This document shows, piece after piece, positions 10,029 through 19,752 of a stretch of 64,000 bases of DNA (position 1 is its first letter; the number at the start of each line of letters is the position of its first letter). The notes below the pieces were generated by a model. That model saw nothing but the letters and a program-made list of their open reading frames with translations. It did not search any database and was not told where the DNA came from. Position numbers and translations under genes: made by a program. Location of the stretch: assembly GCA_050251055.1 (NCBI GenBank), contig JBFWNL010000001.1:331825-395824 (forward strand), written 5' to 3'. Source of the stretch: Bacteriovoracia bacterium (GTDB lineage Bacteria; Bdellovibrionota; UBA1018; JBFWNL01).

Positions 10029-10148
10029 TAAAGAGCTTGAATTCCTTGGGTTTTCCCGGGGTCCGCAGCGGCAAAAATGTCGAGAAACTCCGCGCTGTCA
10101 ATAAGTTCGACAGGCGCGCAACCGTTCGTAGAAAACTCAGCGGAAAGC

Positions 10149-10778
10149 TCAGCGGCGAACGTGATTGGAGAGCTCGTTCCGGTCGTCGGCGGAAGGCGGG
10201 AAATGCTCGGCGAGCTTGGTGCCCATCTGCTCGATCGCCTCGCAAAGCGCGGGAGTCGCCCGGTTCGCATGAATACCTCGAACCACGTGTTGAACCTGGT
10301 CATTCCAGTAGCCGACCGGCGTTTTCGCGTAAATCCCCTTATCGGCCAAGATCTCCACCGTTTTTTCCAGCTCGGACACGTAGATCAGAATGCCCGTACG
10401 ATCCCGAGTTTCCGTGAGACCTTGCGCAATGAAACTCGCCATGCACTTCTCATGGACCGCGCGCCGCACGGACTCACTTCCTAACAAACGAGCCCGTATT
10501 CCGTCGAGTCGAGATGCCCACGCGCCAAGCCACACGCCGACGAGCTGCAGTCCCGCGAGACCCCAAAGCGGACAAACCCCAGCGCTCCGAAACTCCCAGG
10601 TCGCGACCGCTCCCGTGGCGAGGAGCCAACCCACGACGGCTCCCGCCACCGTCAATCCGAAATATTCCGAACTCGCGGGCACGACGAGCGCGACGATTTC
10701 GCCCGCGGTTTTTTGCTCCGCGCGCGCGATCGCCTCTTCGATCGAACGAAAATCGGCCGGACCAAATAACTTGCTCAT
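10149..10778 (-). CDS. TPM-domain membrane protein (lemA operon)
   Basis: AEQKTAGEI, TRDRTGILIY, EILADKGI, DRNELSN. Confidence 0.88.
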   Translation of the reverse strand: MSKLFGPADFRSIEEAIARAEQKTAGEIVALVVPASSEYFGLTVAGAVVGWLLATGAVATWEFRSAGVCPLWGLAGLQLVGVWLGAWASRLDGIRARLLGSESVRRAVHEKCMASFIAQGLTETRDRTGILIYVSELEKTVEILADKGIYAKTPVGYWNDQVQHVVRGIHANRATPALCEAIEQMGTKLAEHFPPSADDRNELSNHVRR

Positions 10779-10797
10779 AAGCTCCTACCTTGATTCG

Positions 10798-11595
10798 TCA
10801 CCATCGCGAGGACGCCCCACCGCCACCAAAACTCCCCCCGCCTCCCGAGTATGAGCTTCCACCGGAACCAAATCCACCGAACCCGCCGCCGCCGAAGCCG
10901 CCGCGCCGACCGCCGCCGCGATAGTAATGCCGCCGTCCCCCGCCCATTCGGTTCAAGGCGGACAATATAAGAAACAACGCCACGAGCGCGAACCAAAGCC
11001 CGGGGCCGCCGCCGTTTGCCGAGCGCGAGCGCTCGGGTTTCCGCGGTGGCGAAGCGCTCTCCGCCAGAGCGATCTCCACGTTCAGCTTCTTAGCGATCGC
11101 CTGCACGCCCGCCATCAGACCCATGCCAAACTGGGCCTTGCGGAAATAGGGAACCATCACGTCATCCAACACCTGTTTGCTAAAAGCGTCGGTGATGTCA
11201 CCCTCAAGACCGTAGCCTACCTCGAGCCTTGCCTGACCGTCCTTCGGCGCCAGCACCAGCAAAAGGCCCCGATCCGCCCCCTTGCGCCCCAGCTTCCACT
11301 TTTCCGCCACGGCCAGCGAATAAGACTCGATGTCGCGCCCTTCGAGCGATGGTGTGATCAGAATGCCGAGCTGGGCGTTCGCTCGCGAACCAAATTCGCG
11401 AATCATCCCTTCTAAGGCCGCCACCTCGGAAGGCGGAATGCTCTGGGTAAGATCGTGCACGGGCCGAGAAAGCTCGGGAATTTCGGGGGCAGCTCCCGAG
11501 GCCGCGGGGTCCGCCCCCGCGATAGGAGCCAGGCAGGCAAGTGCCCACGCTACCGTAGCCAACCGAAATGAAAAAAAACTTCGCTTAGAATTCAA
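10798..11595 (-). CDS. TPM-domain protein (YgcG-like)
   Basis: WKLGRKGADRGLLL, RLEVGYGLEG, Gly-rich tail SGGGGSFGGGGASSRW. Confidence 0.9.
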   Translation of the reverse strand: MNSKRSFFSFRLATVAWALACLAPIAGADPAASGAAPEIPELSRPVHDLTQSIPPSEVAALEGMIREFGSRANAQLGILITPSLEGRDIESYSLAVAEKWKLGRKGADRGLLLVLAPKDGQARLEVGYGLEGDITDAFSKQVLDDVMVPYFRKAQFGMGLMAGVQAIAKKLNVEIALAESASPPRKPERSRSANGGGPGLWFALVALFLILSALNRMGGGRRHYYRGGGRRGGFGGGGFGGFGSGGSSYSGGGGSFGGGGASSRW

Positions 11596-12169
11596 CCTTG
11601 GGAACCTCTTTTTGCTCCGCGGACGCCGTGAAGGTCTCGCGGGGTTTCATCCCGAGCAGGAATTTTGCCGTCAGATTCGTGGGAAAATGACGTACGCCCA
11701 GATTGAACTGGGCGACCTGGTCAATATACCGCTTCCGAGCCACGGCGATGCGATTCTCGGTCCCTTCCAGCTGGGCCTGCAGGTCACGAAACTGGGTGTT
11801 AGCCTTGAGATCGGGATACTTCTCCACAACGACCATTAGGCGCGAGAGGGCGCTGCTGAGTCCCGACTGCGCATTCTGGAAATTTTCGAACGACTTGGCA
11901 TCCGAGTCCACGTTCACCGTGGTCTGGGTGGCCTTGGCACGCGCCTCGACCACCGATTGGAGGGTTTGCGCTTCGTGCTTGGCGTATCCTTTCACCACAC
12001 TCACCAGATTCGGGATGAGTTCGTGGCGCCGGGTGTATTGGTTTTCCACTTCCGCCCAGGCCGCCTTCACCTGCTCGTCCGCCGTCTGAAGACTATTGTA
12101 CCCACAGCCATTGGCGGAAACGGCAATGAACGTCAAAAAAATGGCTCTTGAGACAAACGCTTTGGTCAT
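11585..12169 (-). CDS. lemA: LemA family lipoprotein
   Basis: GCGYN lipobox, RRHELIPNLV, EKYPDLKAN, LEGTENRIAVARKRY. Confidence 0.95.
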   Translation of the reverse strand: MTKAFVSRAIFLTFIAVSANGCGYNSLQTADEQVKAAWAEVENQYTRRHELIPNLVSVVKGYAKHEAQTLQSVVEARAKATQTTVNVDSDAKSFENFQNAQSGLSSALSRLMVVVEKYPDLKANTQFRDLQAQLEGTENRIAVARKRYIDQVAQFNLGVRHFPTNLTAKFLLGMKPRETFTASAEQKEVPKVEF

Positions 12170-12334
12170 AAATTCTATCCAGACTCCTTTTTCGCCAGTT
12201 TAGGAAACGAGAAGCACAGGGTCAAGCACGGAGCGATCTAGTCAACGACATGTAAATTTGCGCCAAAGTTTTTCTGGAAAGAATAATGTCAATTCCCCCC
12301 GCCCCCCGTCCGATGTTAAATTACGAGAATAGCT

Positions 12335-14416
12335 ATGAAAAACTCCCTACCGTTGGCGAAGCGACTCCTGAACCTGCTCCCGGGACTCCCGGCGATCGTG
12401 ATCTCACTCGCGCTCCTGGGGCCTGCGAGTGTACCGAGCTGGGGAGCGCTCACCTCCAACTCATCGCTACGCTGCGAGAATATCCCGCAACTCTTCAAAG
12501 CATTCCTAGTGCACCACGTGAAGTCCAAGGACATGAACGAGGACCTAAAGAAACGCACGGTCGATCTTTACATCAAGAGCATGGATCCGTCGAAGACGCG
12601 CATCCTGGAATCCGATCTCCCAAAAATGCGCGCGGACCTGTTGGCGCTTTTCGATTCTATGAATCGCGCCAATTGCGAAGTGCTCAGCACCCTTCACCAC
12701 GACATGGTGAAACGCGCGAAGGAGATCGAGGATTTCGTACGCAAGACCGTCACCGACAAAAACTACAAGCTCGACGAAACGGTTGAACTCGTCATCGATC
12801 CCGACAAGCGCGGCTACCCGAAGTCCGCGAAGGAACGCAGCGATCTCCTGCTCAAGCTGATTCACTTTCAAGTCACGAACTACCTGAGCGCGGGGACGAA
12901 GCTCGAAGACGCCAAAACCCAGCTCGTCCACCGCTACGAGCTCTTCACCAAGCGTACCGAGGAGGAAGACCTGGGCGATCTATTCTCGCTGCTCGTCGAC
13001 GCTTTCGCCAACGCGATGGATCCACACTCGAGTTATCTTTCACCCGAGGTGCTCGAGGATTTCCAGATCAGCATGGGACTGTCACTCGAAGGGATCGGCG
13101 TCTCGCTCACTTCCCGGGACGGCTACACCGTGGTCGAGGAGATCATCCCCGGCGGCGCGGCCCATAAGCTGCAAATCCTAAAACCCAAAGACAAGATCAT
13201 GTCCGTGAAGCAGGAAACCGGCGAGCCGGTGAATATCATGGACATGGCGTTGCGCGACGTCGTGCGCATGATCCGCGGAAAGAAGGGCACGAAGGTCACC
13301 TTGAGTATCCTCCGCCAAGGCGAGAAGACGGAGCGACTGAGCGCGACCATCACCCGCGACAAGATCGACCTCACCGAGCAAGCCGCGAACGTGAAGTTCG
13401 AGAAAAAGGCCATCAATGGCAAGAACTACAAGTTCGCCCTCGTGGACCTCCCTTCCTTTTACGGGGACAAGGATCCCGCGAAGCGCTCCTCGTATAAAGA
13501 CATGCTCGAGATCATGCGCAAGATCAAAAAAGAAAAGGTGGACGGTGTCGTGCTGGACCTTTCGCGCAATGGCGGTGGCCTCTTGACCGACGCCGTGAAG
13601 ATCTCCGGCCTGTTCGTGAAGACGGGCGGCGTGGTCGCGACCAAGGACTCCCAAAACCATGTCGAGGTCCTGACCGATACCGACGAGGATATTAACTACG
13701 CCGGCCCCCTCGTGGTGCTCGAGAGCCGCTTGAGCGCCTCGGCATCCGAGATCGTGGCGGGCGCCTTGAAGGATTACCGACGCGCGATCATCGTGGGCGA
13801 CGACCACACTTTCGGCAAGGGCACGGTGCAGTCCGTGCTTCCGCTCCCGAACGGGTTCGGCGCCCTGAAGGTGACGAGCGGCTTATTCTTCCGCCCGCAG
13901 GGCATGTCCACTCAGCACGAAGGCGTGCGCGCGGACATCGTCATCCCGTCGCTCTACAACATGGATGACCTGGGCGAAAAGTCGCTCGATTACTCCCTCC
14001 TTCCGGAAAAGATCCCGCCCTTCGTGAACCTGAGCGACGCGGCCCGCATCGGCTCGGACAAGTGGACGCCGCTCACCGACACCGTGATCGCGGATCTGGC
14101 GAAACGCTCGGAAGCCCGCGTGTCCCAGAGCAAGGAATTCAAGGAGCTCAAGGAAAAGCTCGAGAAAGCCAAACGCAATAAAGGCACGGTGAAGCTCTCG
14201 GACGTCCGCAAGGAGAGCGAAGAAGAAGAAAAGAAGACCGTGTGGAAGACCGGCCCTAAGAAGAACAAGGAAAAGACTTTACGCGAGCAGGCCGAGGAAG
14301 CACGCGCGCCTCAGATCAAGGAAGCGATGAACATCTTAGCCGACTACGTAGGCGCGCACCTCACCGCCCCGAAGCTCGTGCAGGGTGAAGGCGCCGCCGC
14401 CGGACGTAAAAACTAA
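12335..14416 (+). CDS. prc: Tail-specific (C-terminal processing) protease, S41 family
   Basis: DPHSSY, PDZ LEGIGVSL, LDLSRNGGG, SASASEIVAGAL, TFGKGTVQ. Confidence 0.92.
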   Translation: MKNSLPLAKRLLNLLPGLPAIVISLALLGPASVPSWGALTSNSSLRCENIPQLFKAFLVHHVKSKDMNEDLKKRTVDLYIKSMDPSKTRILESDLPKMRADLLALFDSMNRANCEVLSTLHHDMVKRAKEIEDFVRKTVTDKNYKLDETVELVIDPDKRGYPKSAKERSDLLLKLIHFQVTNYLSAGTKLEDAKTQLVHRYELFTKRTEEEDLGDLFSLLVDAFANAMDPHSSYLSPEVLEDFQISMGLSLEGIGVSLTSRDGYTVVEEIIPGGAAHKLQILKPKDKIMSVKQETGEPVNIMDMALRDVVRMIRGKKGTKVTLSILRQGEKTERLSATITRDKIDLTEQAANVKFEKKAINGKNYKFALVDLPSFYGDKDPAKRSSYKDMLEIMRKIKKEKVDGVVLDLSRNGGGLLTDAVKISGLFVKTGGVVATKDSQNHVEVLTDTDEDINYAGPLVVLESRLSASASEIVAGALKDYRRAIIVGDDHTFGKGTVQSVLPLPNGFGALKVTSGLFFRPQGMSTQHEGVRADIVIPSLYNMDDLGEKSLDYSLLPEKIPPFVNLSDAARIGSDKWTPLTDTVIADLAKRSEARVSQSKEFKELKEKLEKAKRNKGTVKLSDVRKESEEEEKKTVWKTGPKKNKEKTLREQAEEARAPQIKEAMNILADYVGAHLTAPKLVQGEGAAAGRKN

Positions 14417-14428
14417 GCTGCGTCCCGC

Positions 14429-14698
14429 CTAACCCGATTTGCGAGTGGCGAGTTTACGGACGGGAGCAGAAGGCGCCGGCGCTTGAGCGTTGGCTTCCGC
14501 GAAAATCTTCCTTACGGTTTGATTCAGCGACGTGATGAGCTTTTGATAGTCTTCCTTAATATCCTGCGACATCAAGGCGGTGGTTTCGTTCAAGTCGAGA
14601 AGCGCTTCCGGCAATACTTTAACCGGCGCGGCGACCGCCGGCAGCCCACAAACCCAAGACATACTCATAGCCACTAACGCGATCAGGATGGTCTTCAT
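14429..14698 (-). CDS. Small secreted hypothetical protein
   Basis: MKTILIALV signal peptide, GAGGGG RBS, 89 aa. Confidence 0.6.
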   Translation of the reverse strand: MKTILIALVAMSMSWVCGLPAVAAPVKVLPEALLDLNETTALMSQDIKEDYQKLITSLNQTVRKIFAEANAQAPAPSAPVRKLATRKSG

Positions 14699-14913
14699 GC
14701 TTGAATCCCCTCTGCATTCCCTGTTTCGGTGTCACATCATGTGACGACTCCGGTGGGCGAACTCGCGTAAACTTCAACTTCTGCGGCTTGAATAGGAGTA
14801 GGAACTGCGACCACTCCCCCCGGAAAGAAACGGTAACAGTGATCCCGAAGGCGGTCAAATTTCCCGCCCCAAAAAAAGAAATATTAAGCAATTTCTAGCG
14901 CTTGGCGCGCAGC

Positions 14914-16137
14914 CTAAAAGCTGAATCCGAGGCCTGCCCGCAGGCAATACGAGTTACTGGTGTTGGTGGAACCCGTCCGGACCGAGGCCAACAGCAGATC
15001 GCCGCCGACGAAGACGCGGTCGATGATGCCCACCAGGGGGCTACCAAAGCGGGCCCCGAGATTCATGGACAGTCCCCCCTGCGTCCCCTGCCCGCTCCAG
15101 ACCTGGAGCGTAGGCCCCAGCTCCACCAGTATGGGCGACAGAAACTGGAGACTGGCGAGAAACTTCAGGTCGATGCCATACACCGACGTCACCGGCAGAT
15201 CCGGCTTGCCGTAGAAAAACGAAATCCATCCCCGAAGCTCGAGCGAGTCCGGCATCACGCTGACCGTCGGATTCCAGCTCAAGCCAAAGCCGTTGTACTG
15301 AATCTCGGGCGTAGCTTGGCGAAAGTACGCGCGCTGCCAATAGGCCTGGAACGCGTTCATCCGGGTCGCGCCGGTGAATTCTTGCGCCGGGGCTGGATTA
15401 TTCTTGCCCGCATAACCCTTGGATGAGTCGATCGGCGGTGACGGATCGTCATTCTCGACCGGCGGCACGTCGCCCCCAACCGCGAAAAACTGATCGAGGT
15501 TTACCCCTTGCACCGGCAACTCCGCGCCCTGACCCGTAGTCGGCGAGGAAATGCCGCCCTTATCGACCTGGACCTGGAAGCCCGCGGCCACCGAAGTGCC
15601 CTGGCCCGAAAAAAGCACATTCTCCGTCTTCGCTACTTCGACCGCTCCGTCCACCACGAAAACCTGAGTGGCGACGTCCGCGCTCGTGACCTGAAGCTCC
15701 GTCCCCCGCACGCCGACCACGGCCTGCTTGGTCTTTATGACTAAACGAAAGGCGCGTCTGCGAGCACCCTCGTCCGTCCCTTCGGACTTCCTGCCAAGTA
15801 CGCGGAGGCGGCCCCTCTGAAGGCGGATCGCGTGGGAAACCTGGGACGTCTTGCCGAACTGAACCGCGGTATTTTCGTCGAGGATCAAAACGAAGCGATT
15901 GGAGAGCGTCAGCGTCAAGCGCTGACCCTTTCCCGAACTCATGCTATCGCCGGGATTGATCTCGTCACCACGGGTGAGCGACCGGGCAAAGCCCGCATTC
16001 TCAACCTCCAGCTTGGGATCGCCGCCATCCACGCCTTGCAGAACCGAATAGGGGTCCTGCGCGAAAGCACTTCCCAAGCTGGCCAGGGAAAGCTGGAAGA
16101 CGGAAGCAAAACTGAAGGCCAGTAAAGTTCGTTTCAT
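14914..16137 (-). CDS. FecR-domain protein with C-terminal beta-barrel-like region
   Basis: Signal peptide; FecR motif KTKQAVVGVRGTEL..VVDGAVEV; amphipathic strands ending LRAGLGFSF. Confidence 0.75.
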   Translation of the reverse strand: MKRTLLAFSFASVFQLSLASLGSAFAQDPYSVLQGVDGGDPKLEVENAGFARSLTRGDEINPGDSMSSGKGQRLTLTLSNRFVLILDENTAVQFGKTSQVSHAIRLQRGRLRVLGRKSEGTDEGARRRAFRLVIKTKQAVVGVRGTELQVTSADVATQVFVVDGAVEVAKTENVLFSGQGTSVAAGFQVQVDKGGISSPTTGQGAELPVQGVNLDQFFAVGGDVPPVENDDPSPPIDSSKGYAGKNNPAPAQEFTGATRMNAFQAYWQRAYFRQATPEIQYNGFGLSWNPTVSVMPDSLELRGWISFFYGKPDLPVTSVYGIDLKFLASLQFLSPILVELGPTLQVWSGQGTQGGLSMNLGARFGSPLVGIIDRVFVGGDLLLASVRTGSTNTSNSYCLRAGLGFSF

Positions 16138-16204
16138 GACGCGCCGATTCTCCCCTTGGATATAATTTCAGAAGTTACCAGCAAAACCATTATAATCAAA
16201 GGGA

Positions 16205-16924
16205 ATGTTCTCTTGGCTGAACCCCACCGGCGGGGCGCTTTATCACCTTCGAGCTTGGCGCTACCGCGAAACACTCTGGCGTGAGTTTCGAGAAACGCTC
16301 GCCGCTTGCTTAACCCAATGGCATCCCCCCGCATCGCGCCTGCTCCTGATCGGTCCCAGCGCGGGCTACTGCCTGGACGAAAATCTTCTTCGCCGCTTCG
16401 AGCAAATCGACGCGATCGAACCCGACCCGCTCGCGGGTTGGTTCTTGCGGCGCCGTTTCGCGCGGGTGCGCCCCATCCGGATCCACCGTACGAGCTTCTT
16501 CGAAGGCCCCGCACACGCCTACCGCACGCGACTCGCCGACTTTCCGGAGCACGCCGTGCTCTTTTGCAACGTGCTGGGCCAGCTCAAGTTCAGTCCCGAG
16601 TTCTGGGAAAACGACGCCGCGTTCGCGGGGTTTCGTAAAGCGCTAGCGCGGGATCTGAGCGCCCGGCACTGGGCGAGTTTTCACGACCTACTGTCTGGGC
16701 CCTCGCCCAAACGCGTGCCGCCGCCTTGGGAGCTTGAGCGCGCGCAGAGTAACCCGGAAATCGCCCGGCGCCTCTACACGAACCTTGAACCTGCGCCACG
16801 TACGCCGTCCGTCGAGCTAGTCGATCACTTCATGGAAGGGTTCTTTCCCGATCGCCCGCGCACGATATTACATTGGCCGCTCAAGCCGGGCACCTCGCAT
16901 TGGATCGAGTTCATTCAGTCTTGA
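16205..16924 (+). CDS. Hypothetical protein, possibly Rossmann/methyltransferase-like
   Basis: 239 aa; LLLIGPSAGY...IDAIEPD resembles a SAM-binding strand-loop. Confidence 0.6.
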   Translation: MFSWLNPTGGALYHLRAWRYRETLWREFRETLAACLTQWHPPASRLLLIGPSAGYCLDENLLRRFEQIDAIEPDPLAGWFLRRRFARVRPIRIHRTSFFEGPAHAYRTRLADFPEHAVLFCNVLGQLKFSPEFWENDAAFAGFRKALARDLSARHWASFHDLLSGPSPKRVPPPWELERAQSNPEIARRLYTNLEPAPRTPSVELVDHFMEGFFPDRPRTILHWPLKPGTSHWIEFIQS

Positions 16925-16926
16925 GC

Positions 16927-17712
16927 TCAAGTCTTGAGCTTATAGCCCTTGTGCACGAGCACGGCCGCCCAAGTCGCGAAAACCGTGGCAAGCGCTAGCG
17001 AAACCGTCACGGAAAGCAGGGGATCCGCCTCACGAATACCGAGCGTCCCGTACCGAAAGCCGTCGTTGAGATAGAATATGGGGTTCAGCCGCGAAAGGCT
17101 GCCCCATATTCCCGGCAGCACCGAAATCGGGTAAAAAACCCCACCCAGAAAAATCATCGGGAGGATCAGGAAGTTGTTCCAAACCGCAAGGTGATCCCAC
17201 GAGTTGGAGTAGATCGCGGCGACGATTCCCATTACCGAAAAGAGAAAGCTCGCCACCACGATCATCAACAGCGCGTATAGCGGGTGTGCCCAAGGCATGC
17301 CCGAGAAGGCGAGCGAGATTAACCAAACCGCCACGCCAACCAGCAATCCCCGCAGCATGGCCGCGATGGTGAACGCCAATATGAACTGATTCGCGGAAAC
17401 CGGCATCACGAGAAAATCGACGATATTACCGATATAGCGGGAGAAGAAAAGCGACGAGGACGTGTTGGCGAAGGAATTATTCACGACGCCCATCAGGATC
17501 AGGCCTGGAATAACAAATTGCAGGAAGGAAATCTCCACGCCTTCGACTTGAATCTGGCGCCCCATCCCAATCCCAAAAACGAACAGGTATAAGGAAGCGG
17601 TGATGGTCGGCGCGATTAGGGTCTGAACGGAAACCGCCCAGAAGCGCAGCACCTCTTTTTTGACGAGCGTCTGAAAAGGCAACCAGTTCGCCCTCGTCAC
17701 CCCGTTGATCAT
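16927..17712 (-). CDS. yadH: ABC-2 permease (YadH-like)
   Basis: KEVLRF..QTLIAP, FVIPGLILM..NSFANTSSS, GGVFYPI, NPIFYLNDGFRYG. Confidence 0.85.
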   Translation of the reverse strand: MINGVTRANWLPFQTLVKKEVLRFWAVSVQTLIAPTITASLYLFVFGIGMGRQIQVEGVEISFLQFVIPGLILMGVVNNSFANTSSSLFFSRYIGNIVDFLVMPVSANQFILAFTIAAMLRGLLVGVAVWLISLAFSGMPWAHPLYALLMIVVASFLFSVMGIVAAIYSNSWDHLAVWNNFLILPMIFLGGVFYPISVLPGIWGSLSRLNPIFYLNDGFRYGTLGIREADPLLSVTVSLALATVFATWAAVLVHKGYKLKT

Positions 17713-18653
17713 GGTCGGGCGGCCTCCGCACGAGCACGAGTTCCGGTGAGCTTCAGGAAGACGTCCTCTAGACTCACCTCTTCCGTGCGGATATCACTCA
17801 CGCCCACGCCGTGCTTTTGGCAAAGCTTTAGGAAATCCCCAATCAGCACGTCCTTGGGCAGCGTCACGTTCCAACGTTTGCCATCCGCCTCCACCGCCAC
17901 GGGATAGGCGCACCATTCGGGACGCGCGGCGATGGCGGATTCGAGGGTAAGCAAGAGCTTCTTTTCATTTAACTGGCGGATGAGATGCTCCGTACGCTCC
18001 AACGTGACCAGACGCCCATGATCCATGATGGCGATGCGACCACACATCTTCTCGGCCTCTTCCAGATAGTGGGTCGTCAGCAGCACCGTGGTTCCCTGCT
18101 GGTTCACTTCCCGCACGAACTCCCAAAGCGTGCGCCGAAGCTCCACGTCCACCCCCGCGGTTGGCTCGTCGAGGATCAAGAGCTTTGGGCGATGGATCAA
18201 CGCCTTAGCCACCATGAACCGTCGCCGCATCCCGCCCGAGAGCGCCAACATCTTTTTTTCCAAGTGCGGCCCAAGATCCAATCGATCAATCAAGAGCCCT
18301 CGCCACTTTGGATCGTCGGCTACGCCGTAGTACCCGGCGTGCATTTTCAGCGCGATTCCGATCGGAAAAAAATTGTCGACGACGATTTCCTGGTGCATCA
18401 CTCCGACGGCGCGGCGGGTGATGAGATAGTCCGTCACATTGTCGTGCCCGTAGACTTCGATCTTGCCCCCACCCAGACGGGTCACGCCGGAAATCATATT
18501 GATGATCGTGCTCTTGCCCGCGCCATTTGGGCCTAGCAAGCCGACAATCTCCCCGGGCGCGATATCGAGGTTCAAATCACTTACGACCGGCTGCAATACC
18601 CCGTTTTTTTTAAAGCTCTTGGAGAGATTCTGGATCTTCAGCGCCGACGTCAT
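17709..18653 (-). CDS. yadG: ABC ATP-binding protein (YadG-like)
   Basis: GPNGAGKST, LSGGMRRR, LILDEPTAGVDVELR, TTHYLEEAE. Confidence 0.88.
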   Translation of the reverse strand: MTSALKIQNLSKSFKKNGVLQPVVSDLNLDIAPGEIVGLLGPNGAGKSTIINMISGVTRLGGGKIEVYGHDNVTDYLITRRAVGVMHQEIVVDNFFPIGIALKMHAGYYGVADDPKWRGLLIDRLDLGPHLEKKMLALSGGMRRRFMVAKALIHRPKLLILDEPTAGVDVELRRTLWEFVREVNQQGTTVLLTTHYLEEAEKMCGRIAIMDHGRLVTLERTEHLIRQLNEKKLLLTLESAIAARPEWCAYPVAVEADGKRWNVTLPKDVLIGDFLKLCQKHGVGVSDIRTEEVSLEDVFLKLTGTRARAEAARP

Positions 18654-18700
18654 CCAAATGACTATAGCCCAGGGAAACCTGCGTGGTAAGATCATTCCAC

Positions 18701-19735
18701 ATGAAAGTCCTGATTGTCGCCGACCCCATCACGGGCCTCCTTCCCCGTTCCGACACCGGATTGATCCTCCTGCGAGAATCGCTCGCGCGCGGACACGAAA
18801 CCCATTGGGCGCAAGCCACGGACGTCGGTCTGGCCGGAACTCAGGTCATCGTGCGATCAAAACGGGTCCTCAGCTGCGCCGAAAACAAGAAACCCCTCCT
18901 AGATAAAGCCGGTGCGGTGCGACCTGTCGCTGAATTCAACTCCGTGTGGATCCGTAAGGATCCTCCGTTCGATGATAGTTACGTTTCCCTTTGCTGGTTA
19001 CTTCAACTCGCGGCGGCGCCGCCTCCGGATGGTCCTGAAGCGCGCGACGTGCGCTCCTCGTTACCCGTCATGGTAAACCACCCCGGATTGCTTTTGCGCT
19101 ATCACGAGAAGACCCTGCCTTTTCTCGCCCTGCGCACCGGGTACCTGCGCGAGGCCGATCTCGTGCCGACCTTGCTGAGTGGATCGATTCAAAGCGCAAA
19201 GGACCTCCCCCCTAGCGTGCGTACCACTTTTAGTGACGTGGAAATCGTGACCAAGCCCTGGCTCGGACACGGTGGAGGCGGCGTTCGACAACACCCCAAG
19301 CTCGAGACCGCGCTCAAACACGCGGCGAAAGCCGATCGAGGGGGCGACCGACAAATGATCCAGCCGCTCGTTTCGGAAGTCACGACCGCCGGAGACCGGC
19401 GCGCGTTTTTCCTTAACGGGCAATACCGCGGCGGCTTCATCCGGCTGCCGAAAAAAGGCGGCATTATTTCCAACCTCGCCGCCGGCGGATCGGCCGTGGA
19501 CAGGCCGCTCACCCCGCGCGAAAAGGAACTCTGCGACCGCCTCTCGCGTTTCTTCACCGAAATCGGCCGACCTCTAGGATTGTATTTCGCGGGCGTGGAC
19601 CTGCTCGCCGGGCGTGTTTCCGAGATCAACGTCACCGCACCCACGGGGCTCGCGAAGTTAAACGAGCTGACGGGAGCCGCATTGGCCCCCGCCTATCTCG
19701 ATTTCGTCGAACGGCTGGTCGCACGCCGTCCGTAA
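18701..19735 (+). CDS. gshB: Glutathione synthetase (ATP-grasp)
   Basis: IRKDPPFD, HEK, GHGGGGV, GDRR, SNLAAGG, GVD...SEINVTAPTG. Confidence 0.85.
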   Translation: MKVLIVADPITGLLPRSDTGLILLRESLARGHETHWAQATDVGLAGTQVIVRSKRVLSCAENKKPLLDKAGAVRPVAEFNSVWIRKDPPFDDSYVSLCWLLQLAAAPPPDGPEARDVRSSLPVMVNHPGLLLRYHEKTLPFLALRTGYLREADLVPTLLSGSIQSAKDLPPSVRTTFSDVEIVTKPWLGHGGGGVRQHPKLETALKHAAKADRGGDRQMIQPLVSEVTTAGDRRAFFLNGQYRGGFIRLPKKGGIISNLAAGGSAVDRPLTPREKELCDRLSRFFTEIGRPLGLYFAGVDLLAGRVSEINVTAPTGLAKLNELTGAALAPAYLDFVERLVARRP

Positions 19736-19752
19736 GACGCGTACGGATCCGG

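Noticed and set aside
12289-12316. Sigma28-like promoters (TCAA..TCCGATGT; also 39575-39602 and 63386-63410)
   Set aside because: Spacing or -35 deviates from TAAA-N15-GCCGATAA; not distinguishable from chance by eye
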